The notes below the pieces were generated by a model. It did no database searches. It was not told where the DNA came from and saw nothing but the letters and a program-made list of their open reading frames with translations. Position numbers and translations under genes: made by a program. A stretch of DNA of 23,341 bases, counting the filler, from an uncultured virus (IMG/VR IMGVR_UViG_2061766007_000905) (lineage: Duplodnaviria > Heunggongvirae > Uroviricota > Caudoviricetes). It is 3 parts of one record of this genome, joined end to end, with 100 filler letters (N's around TTAATTAATTAA, not from the genome) between each part and the next. Parts side by side here need not be neighbours in the genome. Positions count along the whole stretch, not along the records: positions 1 to 14,949 come from IMGVR_UViG_2061766007_000905; 2 more parts are not named here. One strand, written 5' to 3'. This document shows, piece by piece, positions 1-10,135 of this stretch. Every line of letters begins with the position of its first letter. Positions within the stretch are counted from its first letter, which is position 1.

Positions 1-306
1 TCTTTCAATTTCGGTACTTTATGAATAAGGTATTTATATAAACGAAGATTGGTAAATGTATAATCATAATCATCATCATGCCTGTAAGTCAATGAACCTA
101 CAATATGACCATCATAAAATACATGCCAAATGCCACTAGCATTCTTCGTAATTTCAAAACCTTTTCGATCAAGCAGAAGTCTTAACAAGTATGATGAGGA
201 GTTAAGCCAATCAAACTCCTTCTTNNNNNNNNNNGTCAAGTAGAAGTCTTAACAAGTATGATGAGGAGTTAAGCCAATCAAACTCCTTCTTCTCTTCCTG
301 TGTCAT
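1..306 (-). CDS. hypothetical protein, 3' partial, interrupted by gap and duplicated segment
   Basis: ATG at 306 gives MTQEEKKEFDWLNSSSYLLRLLLD..., and the same sequence continues below the gap to the window edge. Confidence 0.55.
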
Positions 307-538
307 TTTCTGTTTCCTTTTCTTTTTTAACTTCCTTGACTTCTTCAGCAGGATGAGTCTTATCAACTTCGACATCTACTTCAACAGTAGCGTCATATGC
401 TTCCTTGATGAAATCAATAAGTTCTTTCTTAACCGTTTTAGGGTCTTCGCCATAACGTTTGAAATAGACGGGAACGGTATCAGGCCTACCTTCAACGATA
501 GCCGGAAAATGTGCAGTACACTTATATCTTGTCTTCAT
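278..538 (-). CDS. hypothetical protein (MKTRYKCTAH...)
   Basis: ORF track; start moved to ATG 538, which is 7 nt after a TTGACA-17-TATATT promoter. Confidence 0.7.
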   Translation of the reverse strand: MKTRYKCTAHFPAIVEGRPDTVPVYFKRYGEDPKTVKKELIDFIKEAYDATVEVDVEVDKTHPAEEVKEVKKEKETENDTGREEGV

Positions 539-545
539 GTTTTTA

Positions 546-574
546 AATATAGAAAAATTATTATGGTTTGTCAA
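546..574 (-). promoter_or_regulatory. sigma70-type promoter, likely leaderless mRNA
   Basis: TTGACA-17 nt-TATATT-7 nt-ATG. Confidence 0.7.
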
Positions 575-583
575 CCCAGAGAT

Positions 584-610
584 AAAAAACACTAGACCAT
601 GGGCCTAGTG
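584..610 (-). terminator. intrinsic terminator after endolysin
   Basis: CACTAGGCC-CAT-GGTCTAGTG followed by TTTTTT. Confidence 0.7.
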
Positions 611-662
611 CAAAGATATTTAACGATTGAAACGTGTTCGGGGAAAACTTCGCTAAATATCT

Positions 663-1208
663 TTATTTAAATGCTTTATATGTTTTACCATTATCCAAAG
701 ACATTAAATATTTCTGTCTTTTAACAACTTCAACAAAATTATAATTAAATATCAATGTCGGGTCATTACCGATATGAATCCATTCTGAGCCGGTTTTAGG
801 ATTCTTTTCATAGATAACCTGACCAAAATGAACTAAACCATTCTTATCCCATTGAATAATCTTAGCTGCAATTTCCTTCATAGATAAAGAACAATTCTTG
901 ACTACGATATCTGCTGCACCCAAAGTAGGCTTAGACAAAAGTTGAAGACCACAGAAATGGTCAGAAGTCTTACTAGGATTGTAACCATTCTTTATAAGTC
1001 TGTCATAATCAGCCTGGGTTCTAACACCAGACGAGATAGAAATACTTACAGTCTTTTTCGGCAATGCAAATTCCTGTAAGAAATCTCTGACAAGTTGTAA
1101 ATTATCTGCAAGCAACTGTAATAGAGCAAGCTGATAATCATTTGGGTCTACTTTAATAAATTCTGATAATTTAAAATTATTTGTAAGCTTCTTATCTTTC
1201 ATCATCAT
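663..1208 (-). CDS. peptidase M15 family Zn peptidase, probable endolysin
   Basis: LTNNFKLSEF, SSGVRT, SKTSDH, AADI and WIHI motifs typical of peptidase M15A. Confidence 0.8.
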   Translation of the reverse strand: MMMKDKKLTNNFKLSEFIKVDPNDYQLALLQLLADNLQLVRDFLQEFALPKKTVSISISSGVRTQADYDRLIKNGYNPSKTSDHFCGLQLLSKPTLGAADIVVKNCSLSMKEIAAKIIQWDKNGLVHFGQVIYEKNPKTGSEWIHIGNDPTLIFNYNFVEVVKRQKYLMSLDNGKTYKAFK

Positions 1209-1213
1209 ACCTA

Positions 1214-1648
1214 TTAATTATACCAATCATCATTAGGTGGAGTATCGGAAATTTCAAAACCCCACTTTTCTTGGAATTCTCCTTGGTCAGACGGAACGTC
1301 ATAGCCATCGGTTTCAAATGTATTTATAAGACGTTCGTAGACCTGCTTATAAGCTGCAGTCGGACCATAACTTCTTTCATAGTCAAAATCATAATGGTNN
1401 NNNNNNNNNNNNNNNNNNNNNNNNNNNNNNNNNNNNNCATAGCCATTTTCGTTTAAAACCTTAACGGCATGTTCTAATTCTTCTGAATTTTCTTTCATAT
1501 GTTTGAACTTCCTCATATCGCCAAGATGTTTTTCTGCGGCTGATTTTGATTTGTGAGAACTTAAAATTTTATGAGTAGCATGAGAAACTATACACCATTC
1601 GGCTTTTTCGCCTTTACTATTCTTATGACCTTTTTTATATACAACCAT
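1214..1648 (-). CDS. hypothetical protein (gap inside)
   Basis: ORF track, AGGAG RBS; internal LEHAVKVLNENGY motif. Confidence 0.6.
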   Translation of the reverse strand: MVVYKKGHKNSKGEKAEWCIVSHATHKILSSHKSKSAAEKHLGDMRKFKHMKENSEELEHAVKVLNENGYXXXXXXXXXXXXXXHYDFDYERSYGPTAAYKQVYERLINTFETDGYDVPSDQGEFQEKWGFEISDTPPNDDWYN

Positions 1649-1654
1649 GATTAC

Positions 1655-1923
1655 TCCTTAAATCTCATGCCATTTTACCATAAAACGATATCTAGCTACC
1701 ATTTCTTTTGCCGTATCGAAAGCATCATAGCCATCGCTATATTTGCGTTTATAAACGTTGTATGCTTTTTCAAATACATCTTCAGGATCATATGGATTTT
1801 TAAGAAGAGGATCACATATTTGCCTAAGACATTCCATAACANNNNNNNNNNTGCATCGCTTTCAACGACGTAGCCGCTTTTTTCTAAAATTTCTTTTGCT
1901 TCTGATAGTCTAATACGTTGCAT
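1655..1923 (-). CDS. hypothetical late protein with LxEA..L..GY leader; frame broken by gap
   Basis: TATAAATA 4 nt upstream of ATG; N-terminus MQRIRLSEAKEILEKSGYVVE; 3' end uncertain. Confidence 0.55.
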
Positions 1924-1927
1924 GTAT

Positions 1928-1935
1928 TATTTATA
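1928..1935 (-). promoter_or_regulatory. T4-type late promoter
   Basis: TATAAATAATACATG, identical to the context at 6878-6892. Confidence 0.65.
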
Positions 1936-1943
1936 TCACATAT

Positions 1944-2186
1944 CTAGCCTGCATCGAAGAAATTGACTGACATTTCCTTACTGGGTATAGATTCCTTAGG
2001 CATATATTCAATATCTTTAAAATCGAATTTCGGTCTAAAATCTCCATCACCATCAGCATAGAAACCTAGGAGTTCAGAATGACCAGCTTGACCAAAGAAT
2101 TCCATAGTTTTAAGAAATGAAAGGAAATAGTCTTTCCATCTCTCTTCCATTTCACATTCAATCGTAAATTTAATCTTATTTTTCAT
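1944..2186 (-). CDS. hypothetical phage protein (YADGDGDFRPKF motif)
   Basis: ORF track; start moved to MKNKIK at 2186, just after the CCA gene stop. Confidence 0.7.
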   Translation of the reverse strand: MKNKIKFTIECEMEERWKDYFLSFLKTMEFFGQAGHSELLGFYADGDGDFRPKFDFKDIEYMPKESIPSKEMSVNFFDAG

Positions 2187-2190
2187 CTTA

Positions 2191-3469
2191 CTACTCTGCA
2201 ATATGCTTAATATATCCAATAGCATTAGCCTTAAGCTCGCTTTCAGTCCCATACTTGTATTCATGTGCAATTACGAGACTAGAAAAGATGTTAAGATAAT
2301 GCCAACGTCTTACTTCAGTAAGCATTCTACCAAATTTCGGACCTTGATATCCGCATTCGGCTACAGCCTCGCTAAGGACATGGTTAAACGGAGCTGCAAT
2401 CTTTGCGACTTTAATAATTCTATCAAGAAGTTCTTTATCGACTCGGAAACCGGTTACGGCATCAGCAAGTTCCTGGAGCTGGTTAAAAAACTTATTATTA
2501 ACCATATCGACTTCTGCTACAATATCGTGACCAAAGTCTTGGAATTTATCGAGGTGATTAAAGCACCATTGGGCACATTTAAAGGTCTCGTTTTCCATCT
2601 TATAGTGTTGATATGCATTTCGTAAATCGGACTCCCAGAGCATGCATACGAGCGAACCAAGGTCAGTAAAGAACTCACCCATCTTATTATTTTTCCTGAT
2701 TGCACGACCACCGATTAAATTACGAGCCTTTACAGCATTGATGTAACCTTTCGGGTCAATAATCTGAAAAATACCATCAGTAACCATGTGGTCAATCATC
2801 TCATAAAGTTCAGAATAACCATAACTCATGCACTTCTTGATTTCATCGAAGACACGTTCCATAGCAATGTTAGCCAACTTATACTTAGTCTTACGAATTG
2901 CTTCTCTAACATCATCAGGAATAGTCATCTTGAACCTAGACGCAAAGCGATAGGCTCGAATGATACGTAAAGCGTCTTCTTCGAAACGTTCAGCTGGATC
3001 ACCAACTGTGCTAAGAACTTTATCTTCTAAGCACTTGATACCATTATGATAGTCGATTACATTACCATCAGCATCAATACCCATAGCATTGATAGTGAAA
3101 TCACGACGAGCCGTATCTTCCTTAAAAGACTCAGTAAAAGTAATAGAGTCAGGGTGACGACCATCAGTATATGCACCATCAGTTCTGAACTGAGTAGTTT
3201 CGAAATAAATATCATTCCACTTCACGAGAATAGTCCCGTGAACTTCACCATTATTGCTAGCAGTCTTAAACTTAGCCTTGAGCATTTCAATAGGCATGTT
3301 AGTAGCAATATCGACATCATGGATATTAGCATTATCAACCATATCCAACGTATGCATTATGATATCTCTTACACAGCCACCGACAAGATATGCCTCATAA
3401 CCGTAACTGTTAATTACTCTGCAAAGGCAACTACCGCCAAAAACTTCATAATTATATTTCGATACATCA
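2191..3469 (-). CDS. cca: CCA-adding tRNA nucleotidyltransferase (class II), 5' end in gap
   Basis: Frame is open upstream of the ORF-track start and gives YEAYLVGGCVRD; also DVDIAT, RTDGAYTDGRHP, RRDFTINAM, RFEEDALRIIRAYRF. Confidence 0.9.
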
Positions 3470-3697
3470 NNNNNNNNNNACTTTCAGTCCCATACTTGTA
3501 TTCATGTGCAATTACAAGACTAGAAAAGATGTTAAGATAATGCCAACGTCTTACTTCAGTAAGCATNNNNNNNNNNTAATTGCTTTACAAACAGCTCGAT
3601 GCTTTCATCAATCATCTTTTTTGAATTTTCAAGTTCCTTACCGTATTTCTCTTCGAAAAGATCAGCTGGACCTTTATAATAGGTATANNNNNNNNNN

Positions 3698-4519
3698 GGA
3701 GTTAAAATAGACATAATTAGGTTCAAGATTTACATGAGTAATAATTTCAGAACTACTTATCCAGTATATTCTGACATCTTCAAGACTATCATTGTAGTTT
3801 GTGAAGAAGCTAATAATTCTGTTTCTCTTTTGTTCTGCTCTTTCCTGTTTATTCGGATTCCATTCCCAGCTAGAACCAAACATACGAGAACCATAAGTTT
3901 TATGACTAGGTAAATCGTAGTGACCATACCTTTCATCTAGTTCTTTTTCATAGTTAGCGAGATCACCATCCGTCGCACTACGGAAATTATACAATTCATT
4001 AGAAATTTCATTTAAACTATTTCTAATTTCAACTAATTCTCTATCAATTTCCATATAACGCATATACCTCACGCTCTTGTTNNNNNNNNNNTTAGAAGTA
4101 AGCATACAGTTTGGATGATATGTTTTATATCGTTCAATGATTTCTTTATACAAATCGTCAAACTGAATAGTCTTATTTAATATTACGGGATTTTCACAAA
4201 TAGTCTTTGCTGCAATTGTTGCATATCTATTTGTGCTTTTACACCATTCATAAAAACTAACGAGCTTCTTGAACTTATCATATTCTAATGCACGAAGCTT
4301 AGTTGCTTTAATAATTTCATTGAGCTTATAAGGAAGATTTAAATAGATGCAAGAATAAACCAAATCACCTTGAATTACAATATCCTGTGGCTTAACATAG
4401 ACATTTGTAATCAATGTAGGAACTTTGATATTCATATTTCTATGATGTTTTCCGAGAATTCCTTCATAAGAGTTAAAATAGACATAATTAGGTTCAAGAT
4501 TTACATGAGTAATAATTTC
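3698..4519 (-). CDS. fragments of a hypothetical protein, pieces apparently out of order
   Basis: EIITHVNLEPNYVYFNS ends the 3698-4081 piece and begins the 4092-4519 piece. Confidence 0.45.
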
Positions 4520-4529
4520 NNNNNNNNNN

Positions 4530-5066
4530 CTTAGTAATATTTCTATAATCAGCTCTAATACAGATTTCAAGGTTTTTCATACCTTTTAACGGTTGAATAA
4601 ATGTGTCAAATACATCTACATCAAAAGCTTCAGATAATACGACATTCAATTTAATAAATTTCGTAATCTTCTTGAAATCTTCCATTGGCAAAATCGGTTC
4701 ATAAAATTTCTGGTGCATGTGACGAGAAATATTAATACCTGCAATCTTACTATTGTTTACGAAGTCTATTCTTTTCTGAACATCACCTTCCAATGGGAAC
4801 GTGGTATTAACAAAACAGGGCTTTTCCATTGCATCTAATAATACTTGACATTTTTCAATATCAGCTAATGGTTCACCACCTGTCAAAACAAATTCAGTAA
4901 TTAACGGGTTTTGATTAATTTTCTTAATTTGTGCAAGAATAGCATCCATATCACATGCACGTTCTTTATACATGTGTTTAGATGTGCAGAATTTACAATG
5001 GTTATGACAATCCCATGGAACAAAAATTGTGCAGCTAAGATTACTTCTGCCTTTAATAAATCTCAT
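4530..5066 (-). CDS. radical SAM protein, 3' end in gap
   Basis: CHNHCKFC (CxxxCxxC) and LTGGEPL. Confidence 0.85.
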
Positions 5067-5359
5067 TAATTTGCTTCCTCACCAAATTCTTTTAAAATCT
5101 CATTTAATGTATTCTGAAAAGCTAATTCACGACCAGGCTCTGGTTCTTTATTAAATATAGCTTTATAACTATGAAATGCACCACAATCAGGATCATAATT
5201 AGTATCTTCATCAAGAATAAACTTATAACCCCAATCTCCAAGACGATGTACTAGCTTAGCATAGGCTTTTGCCATTTTAGGCAGATTGGTTCCACAATAA
5301 ATTGTAGAATCTGTATTAAATTGATTTTTTACTGCAATATAATAATGGCGTAAATTCAT
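5066..5359 (-). CDS. hypothetical protein
   Basis: ORF track; TAATG coupling to the next gene. Confidence 0.7.
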   Translation of the reverse strand: MNLRHYYIAVKNQFNTDSTIYCGTNLPKMAKAYAKLVHRLGDWGYKFILDEDTNYDPDCGAFHSYKAIFNKEPEPGRELAFQNTLNEILKEFGEEAN

Positions 5360-5362
5360 AGT

Positions 5363-5773
5363 TTATTTCTCAATCAAATTTGTATATTCTTTGGTTAAAT
5401 CCATTGGTTTGCACACATTATCTTCTTCTTCGTATATAACTTTAATTGAAGATTCAGTATCTGGATCTGTAAAACAGTTTTTTGTTAATTGTAAAAGTTG
5501 TTTAGCATAATCTATATTAGGAACTAAACAATCTTTTTCTTCATATAATACACCTTGTGGTTCTAATGCAATTTCTGTTCCGCGAAATTTCTTTGCTATT
5601 TCTTCAGCATTATAATATACATCTTTCCAATTATGCTTAATAAGACCGAAAAATGACGGATCTTTTTTATATTGCACAATATAATATGGCTTATCGCTTT
5701 TAATTAATCTTTTACCTATGAATTCTTTATCATATTTAGAACGATGATCTACAGAAATAATCCTATACTTCAT
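5363..5773 (-). CDS. hypothetical protein (MKYRIISVDH...)
   Basis: ORF track; start at ATG 7 nt after TATATT. Confidence 0.7.
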   Translation of the reverse strand: MKYRIISVDHRSKYDKEFIGKRLIKSDKPYYIVQYKKDPSFFGLIKHNWKDVYYNAEEIAKKFRGTEIALEPQGVLYEEKDCLVPNIDYAKQLLQLTKNCFTDPDTESSIKVIYEEEDNVCKPMDLTKEYTNLIEK

Positions 5774-5780
5774 ATAATAT

Positions 5781-5813
5781 AATATAGAAAAAGGGTTAAC
5801 TTTTGTCAACCCT
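5781..5813 (-). promoter_or_regulatory. combined terminator hairpin and sigma70 promoter
   Basis: AGGGTTGAC-AAAA-GTTAACCCT-TTTT with TTGACA-17-TATATT embedded. Confidence 0.65.
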
Positions 5814-5827
5814 CATATTTTTAATCT

Positions 5828-6043
5828 TTATTTATGATAATCTTTCCAACTCGGTAATTTTGGTTTACTCGTTAGATGGAAACAATTACAAAGTTTACAG
5901 AAATAAACTCTTTGTTCATGTCTATCATGGTCATTTTTTAATCTGCCTGCGGCTTCGCATTTATATAATGCAAATTGGGCGTCAATCTTTTTAGGATAAC
6001 AGACCTTACCACATTCGCAACGTTCATAAAGTTTCTTTTGCAT
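5828..6043 (-). CDS. small Cys-rich (putative Zn-binding) protein
   Basis: CECGKVC and YFCKLCNCFHLTS; AGGAG RBS. Confidence 0.7.
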   Translation of the reverse strand: MQKKLYERCECGKVCYPKKIDAQFALYKCEAAGRLKNDHDRHEQRVYFCKLCNCFHLTSKPKLPSWKDYHK

Positions 6044-6068
6044 ATATTTCTCCTATAATAACAAAAAC

Positions 6069-6106
6069 AATATAATAAAAAATAGGCATTTTGTCAATGC
6101 CTATTA
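6069..6106 (-). promoter_or_regulatory. combined terminator hairpin and sigma70 promoter
   Basis: AATAGGCATT-GACA-AAATGCCTATT-TTTT containing TTGACA-17-TATATT. Confidence 0.65.
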
Positions 6107-6880
6107 AATCTCATCTACATATATGCCCGTTTCTTTCGAAGGGTCATACATGACATTTATATTATTATAAGGATCCGGATTTTCCTTAGCTTCATCGCTA
6201 ACCATATCATTTGTAGCCAGAATATCCTTAATTTGATATTGACTTGGCAATGAATCAGGTGCTACTTTATAAATTGGGTCATTCGGGTCGGATAATGTAG
6301 GAGAACTAGTGTCAATCGTATACTTATTGTCTTTGTAAACTTTCAAAGTGAATGTATAAGTATGCGGTTTTAAACCGAATGCCTGTTCATAATATTTTAC
6401 GTCTACAATTCTGTAAAAATAATCATTAGCAGGAATATAAATTATATCACCGATAGATGGTGGTTGTTCATCATATACTTCTGGCGTATTCTTATCAACA
6501 CCACCATAAGTAGAATAATAATTGAATGCATCAATACTTGCAAACATAGTTACAGTATCTTCGCCCCAAATACCTTCAAGCTGATATGATCTTACATTTG
6601 GAGGTAATTGTTCAACATATCCATTGAAATACCAACTTCTGACAATCATTCTTAGTTGGTCTTCACCATAAAGCTTATCCCTAAGCAAATCTTCAGATAC
6701 TCGATAATATACACATTTTAAACCGAATGTATCATACGCATCTGTTACAATGCTATCTACTGTGTCAGTTTCATTTGTGCAAACTATATTATTACCATCA
6801 CTTATAGGATTAGATAGCCCATTAAGTGTGCCACATAACCAAGGATATGCTTCTGTATTTTTTACTTCAGCTACTGCCAT
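6104..6880 (-). CDS. T4 gp14-like neck/head-closure protein
   Basis: FGLKCVYY, LYGED and PSIGDIIYIP..YRIVDV pattern of the gp14 family; TATAAATA late promoter upstream. Confidence 0.7.
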   Translation of the reverse strand: MAVAEVKNTEAYPWLCGTLNGLSNPISDGNNIVCTNETDTVDSIVTDAYDTFGLKCVYYRVSEDLLRDKLYGEDQLRMIVRSWYFNGYVEQLPPNVRSYQLEGIWGEDTVTMFASIDAFNYYSTYGGVDKNTPEVYDEQPPSIGDIIYIPANDYFYRIVDVKYYEQAFGLKPHTYTFTLKVYKDNKYTIDTSSPTLSDPNDPIYKVAPDSLPSQYQIKDILATNDMVSDEAKENPDPYNNINVMYDPSKETGIYVDEI

Positions 6881-6884
6881 GTAT

Positions 6885-6892
6885 TATTTATA
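6885..6892 (-). promoter_or_regulatory. T4-type late promoter
   Basis: TATAAATA 4 nt before ATG 6880. Confidence 0.65.
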
Positions 6893-7553
6893 GCATAGAT
6901 TCTGTCTTTAATCTTTCATGCTTATAATACTCTGAATTTTTGTCAATTTCGTCTTGTCTATCCTTTGCGGTTTGAACGGAAATAGTTTGGAATGATTTTC
7001 CTACTTGCATAGCTATTTCTGGTGTTAAACTATCAGAAATAGTATTGACGTCAACCACTCTCTTAGTTATACCGTCATCAATAACAGCAGTATATGTTAT
7101 TTTAGCCTTTCTTTCTTCTGCAAGTTTCAAATTTTCAGCATCTTGTTTAGCAAGTTCAATCATAAGACTATCTTTAACGAATTGCTCGCGGTCCTGTTGT
7201 TTAACAAGTGCCATAGAATCTTGAATTTGCTTTACTTTGGTTTTTGTCTTTTCCCAGTCTTCTTCGGTATATGAGAAAAGTGCGTTCTTTTTTGCTGCAG
7301 CTATATCCATAGACGCCATCTTATAATTACTACTATAAGTCACCGTGCTAGAAACATAGATGTCAATGTCTGGAGTTTCATTGTTGACCTCTGTAAACTT
7401 TAAAACTACAAACATTGTAGCAAATAAGAAAAACAGAAAAAGACCAGCATGAATTTTTCTATCATGCTTAACCAAATATGGATATGTAATACTTACATTT
7501 CCATAATCTGGTTCATCTGCTTCTAAATGAGGTTTATATTCATAATCAATCAT
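6888..7553 (-). CDS. single-TM membrane protein, DGIT-domain paralog 1
   Basis: Hydrophobic helix; C-terminal IDDGITKRVV...DRQDEIDKNSEYY. Confidence 0.75.
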   Translation of the reverse strand: MIDYEYKPHLEADEPDYGNVSITYPYLVKHDRKIHAGLFLFFLFATMFVVLKFTEVNNETPDIDIYVSSTVTYSSNYKMASMDIAAAKKNALFSYTEEDWEKTKTKVKQIQDSMALVKQQDREQFVKDSLMIELAKQDAENLKLAEERKAKITYTAVIDDGITKRVVDVNTISDSLTPEIAMQVGKSFQTISVQTAKDRQDEIDKNSEYYKHERLKTESML

Positions 7554-8162
7554 TATTGCTCCTCGTTGATAATTCGTTTTGTATAATATTCTTGATTATT
7601 GTCAATTTCTGTTTGTCTGTCTTTCGCAGCTGTCCAAGCCATATGATTAAATGTCTTTCCNNNNNNNNNNNNNNNNNNNNATAGAATCGCCGACCGCATT
7701 TACTTTTACTTCTCTTGATGTAATACCATCATCAATAAAAGCAACCAAATCAACTGTTACTTTTTTGTCAAGACTTAATACATAATTAATACTGTCTTGA
7801 ATATATTGTGCTTTAGCTATACTATCGCAAAGATAATTATATTTTTCAATACTATCTTGTGCATGCTGCATACTATCAGCCATTGCTTTCTTTATAGCTT
7901 CTTTTCGAGCTTCTTCTTGCTCTAATTTAGCATAAATTTCTTCAATACTTTTTTTCTCTTGTTTGCTTTTTTCAGTTTTATTATGTTCTGCAACAATTAA
8001 CATTGCAAATAATAAAAAAATAACAATTAAAAGAAAAAGNNNNNNNNNNNNTTTGAATTCTTCTTCATCATTATCGTCATAGTCATCTTCTGGTTCCCCG
8101 TAATCTTGACTATAACTATTAGACATGAATATACAATGTGGATGATGTTCTTGATTATCCAT
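7553..8162 (-). CDS. single-TM membrane protein, DGIT-domain paralog 2 (gaps inside)
   Basis: IDDGITSREV; after the gap another frame reads AKDRQTEIDNNQEYY...EEQ* ending at 7553. Confidence 0.7.
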
Positions 8163-8164
8163 TA

Positions 8165-8554
8165 TTAATTCTCAATGAAACTAATATTTGCAGGGGTTTC
8201 TTCTTTAGATGTATTGATAAACTTAGCGGAACGCCAATAATTCTCGTTATGGTCAATTTCACTCTGACGTGTAGCAATCATCTTGTGTGTTGCTTCTCTA
8301 ATAGCTCTATTTACGATTTCAGTATCTTTATGAGTAATAGAGTCAGTAACGACCTTAGAAGCTACTACACGCCTCGTAATGCCGTCATTAATGACAGTAT
8401 ACATCTCAATCGTAACCGGCTGAGAATACTTGCGGTCTTCTTTTACTTCAGCTTGGAATGCTGGTTTATGCCACAATTCGCCAATAAACCAGAATGAACC
8501 ACATCCTGCAATAAATGCAATTATGACTAAATATTTTCTAACTAATTCTTCCAT
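8165..8554 (-). CDS. single-TM membrane protein, DGIT-domain paralog 3
   Basis: N-terminal TM; INDGITRRVV...RQSEIDHNENYW. Confidence 0.75.
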   Translation of the reverse strand: MEELVRKYLVIIAFIAGCGSFWFIGELWHKPAFQAEVKEDRKYSQPVTIEMYTVINDGITRRVVASKVVTDSITHKDTEIVNRAIREATHKMIATRQSEIDHNENYWRSAKFINTSKEETPANISFIEN

Positions 8555-8555
8555 A

Positions 8556-9766
8556 TTAGTTATTCCAAGTTAAAGGGGTTTCGCTATTAATTCTTACCGT
8601 CTTATAATATGTCTTAGAAGTATCAATTTCAGTCTGTCTATCCTTAGCCATATNNNNNNNNNNNNNNNNNNNTTGGTCAAATGCTTCATATCAGCTTCTT
8701 TAATAGTATCAAGAATAACACCAGTCTGAACACGTCTCGTTGTAATACCGTCTTCGATTGTTGCCATAAGTTCAATCTGAACTTTCTTTTCCTTAGGTAA
8801 TTCTGCAATTACTTTTTCTTTTTCCTGAATTTCCTTAGCAATAGAATCAGCACGATTTGCTAAAGACGCAAGATAAATAGAATCAGCTCTTGCCTTCGCA
8901 TCTTCTGTATTAAATACACTTGCAGAATCGACAGATGTAAATACACTATCAGAATTAATTGACCAGTTAAGTGCAGCTGTATAACTGTTTTTCTTAACTG
9001 TGGTTTCTGTCTTAACTTCTTTTACAACTTCCTGTGGTGCGTTGACTTTTTCATCAACCCAATTACTAAATCGTCCATATATTTCAGGAATTTTAAAACC
9101 CATGAAAACTACAAGAAAGATTAAACAAATAATAGCAAACCATGGCATAATACGTCGTTCCATGAGAGTGCTGAAATTAAGTTTTGGCTTTACTTCAATT
9201 TTTGCAGCTTCAATTTCGTCCACAAATACAATCTTTGGACGACTTTCTTCAGGAATTTCAGTTAAACGCTTCTTCCATTCCTTATCTCGTTTTTCTTCCT
9301 GTTTGGCGCGTTTCTTTTCTTCTGTACTTTCCGGTTTTTCAATCAGGTTTTCATTTTCAACCATTTCAAGATGAACTGGATTAATAAATTGTAAAGTATA
9401 ACCTGGGAAAGCATTAGAAAGCTTAAATCCATAATTCTTATCAATATCAGGTAAAGGATTTACCTGGTCTGTCACAATAATGATATTTGTTGTAACCTTG
9501 AACATGTCAAGGTAATTCTTTTGATCTCCACTACGAATACGAGAAGGAATAATTGTCCAGTCATATTCAAAAATATCCTTATTACTCATAAGGACTACAG
9601 GACAGGTCTTCTTCGCGTCATAATAACCTAATACATTGGTATCATTATATGAACCAATACCAATAATTGTATATGAATACTTATACATAGCATCTTTGTC
9701 ATTTTCCTCTCGGGAAACCTTGAACATAAGATACTTGTATTTCAAACAACTGTTATTATCTACCAT
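8556..9766 (-). CDS. single-TM membrane protein, DGIT-domain paralog 4 (gap near 3' end)
   Basis: Central TM; IEDGITTRRV; after the gap MAKDRQTEIDTSKTYY...WNN* ends at 8556. Confidence 0.7.
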
Positions 9767-9957
9767 TATTTCCTCCTTTCAATTTGGTCAAAGTTACCGT
9801 AAGCGCAGATAATATTCAGAACAAACAAAAGGATTGTTCCTACATAGAATTTAACATCAGTCACATTTTCATTAATAAGAAAATATCCAACAACTACCAT
9901 GAAAAGGGCTGTTAGTGCGCTAAGTGAACCGAAAATGATAGAAATTATATTATTCAT
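9766..9957 (-). CDS. small two-TM membrane protein
   Basis: Two hydrophobic helices; ATG 7 nt after TTTACA-17-TATATT. Confidence 0.7.
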   Translation of the reverse strand: MNNIISIIFGSLSALTALFMVVVGYFLINENVTDVKFYVGTILLFVLNIICAYGNFDQIERRK

Positions 9958-10135
9958 ATATAACAATATAGTAAAAAATGCTATTTTTGTAAATGGTTTT
10001 CAAAAACGTATTTTCGAGTGAAAATACAGTACGCCTTGATGCGGAAGGGTTCCTAAAACCCATAGCGGAGGAAACTGATATGTGTAAAGCATGGATTATC
10101 CGAAGGTAAACATTAAAAAATAAAGAAAACAAATA

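Noticed and set aside
177..290. Direct repeats flanking short N gaps (also 2240-2327/3480-3566, 3698-3750/4470-4519, 22280-22400/22411-22530, 22615-22710/22721-22816)
   Set aside because: Each abuts a 10-N gap and differs by a few substitutions, typical of unresolved strain bubbles or scaffolding, not biological repeats or DGR template/variable pairs; no reverse transcriptase is seen
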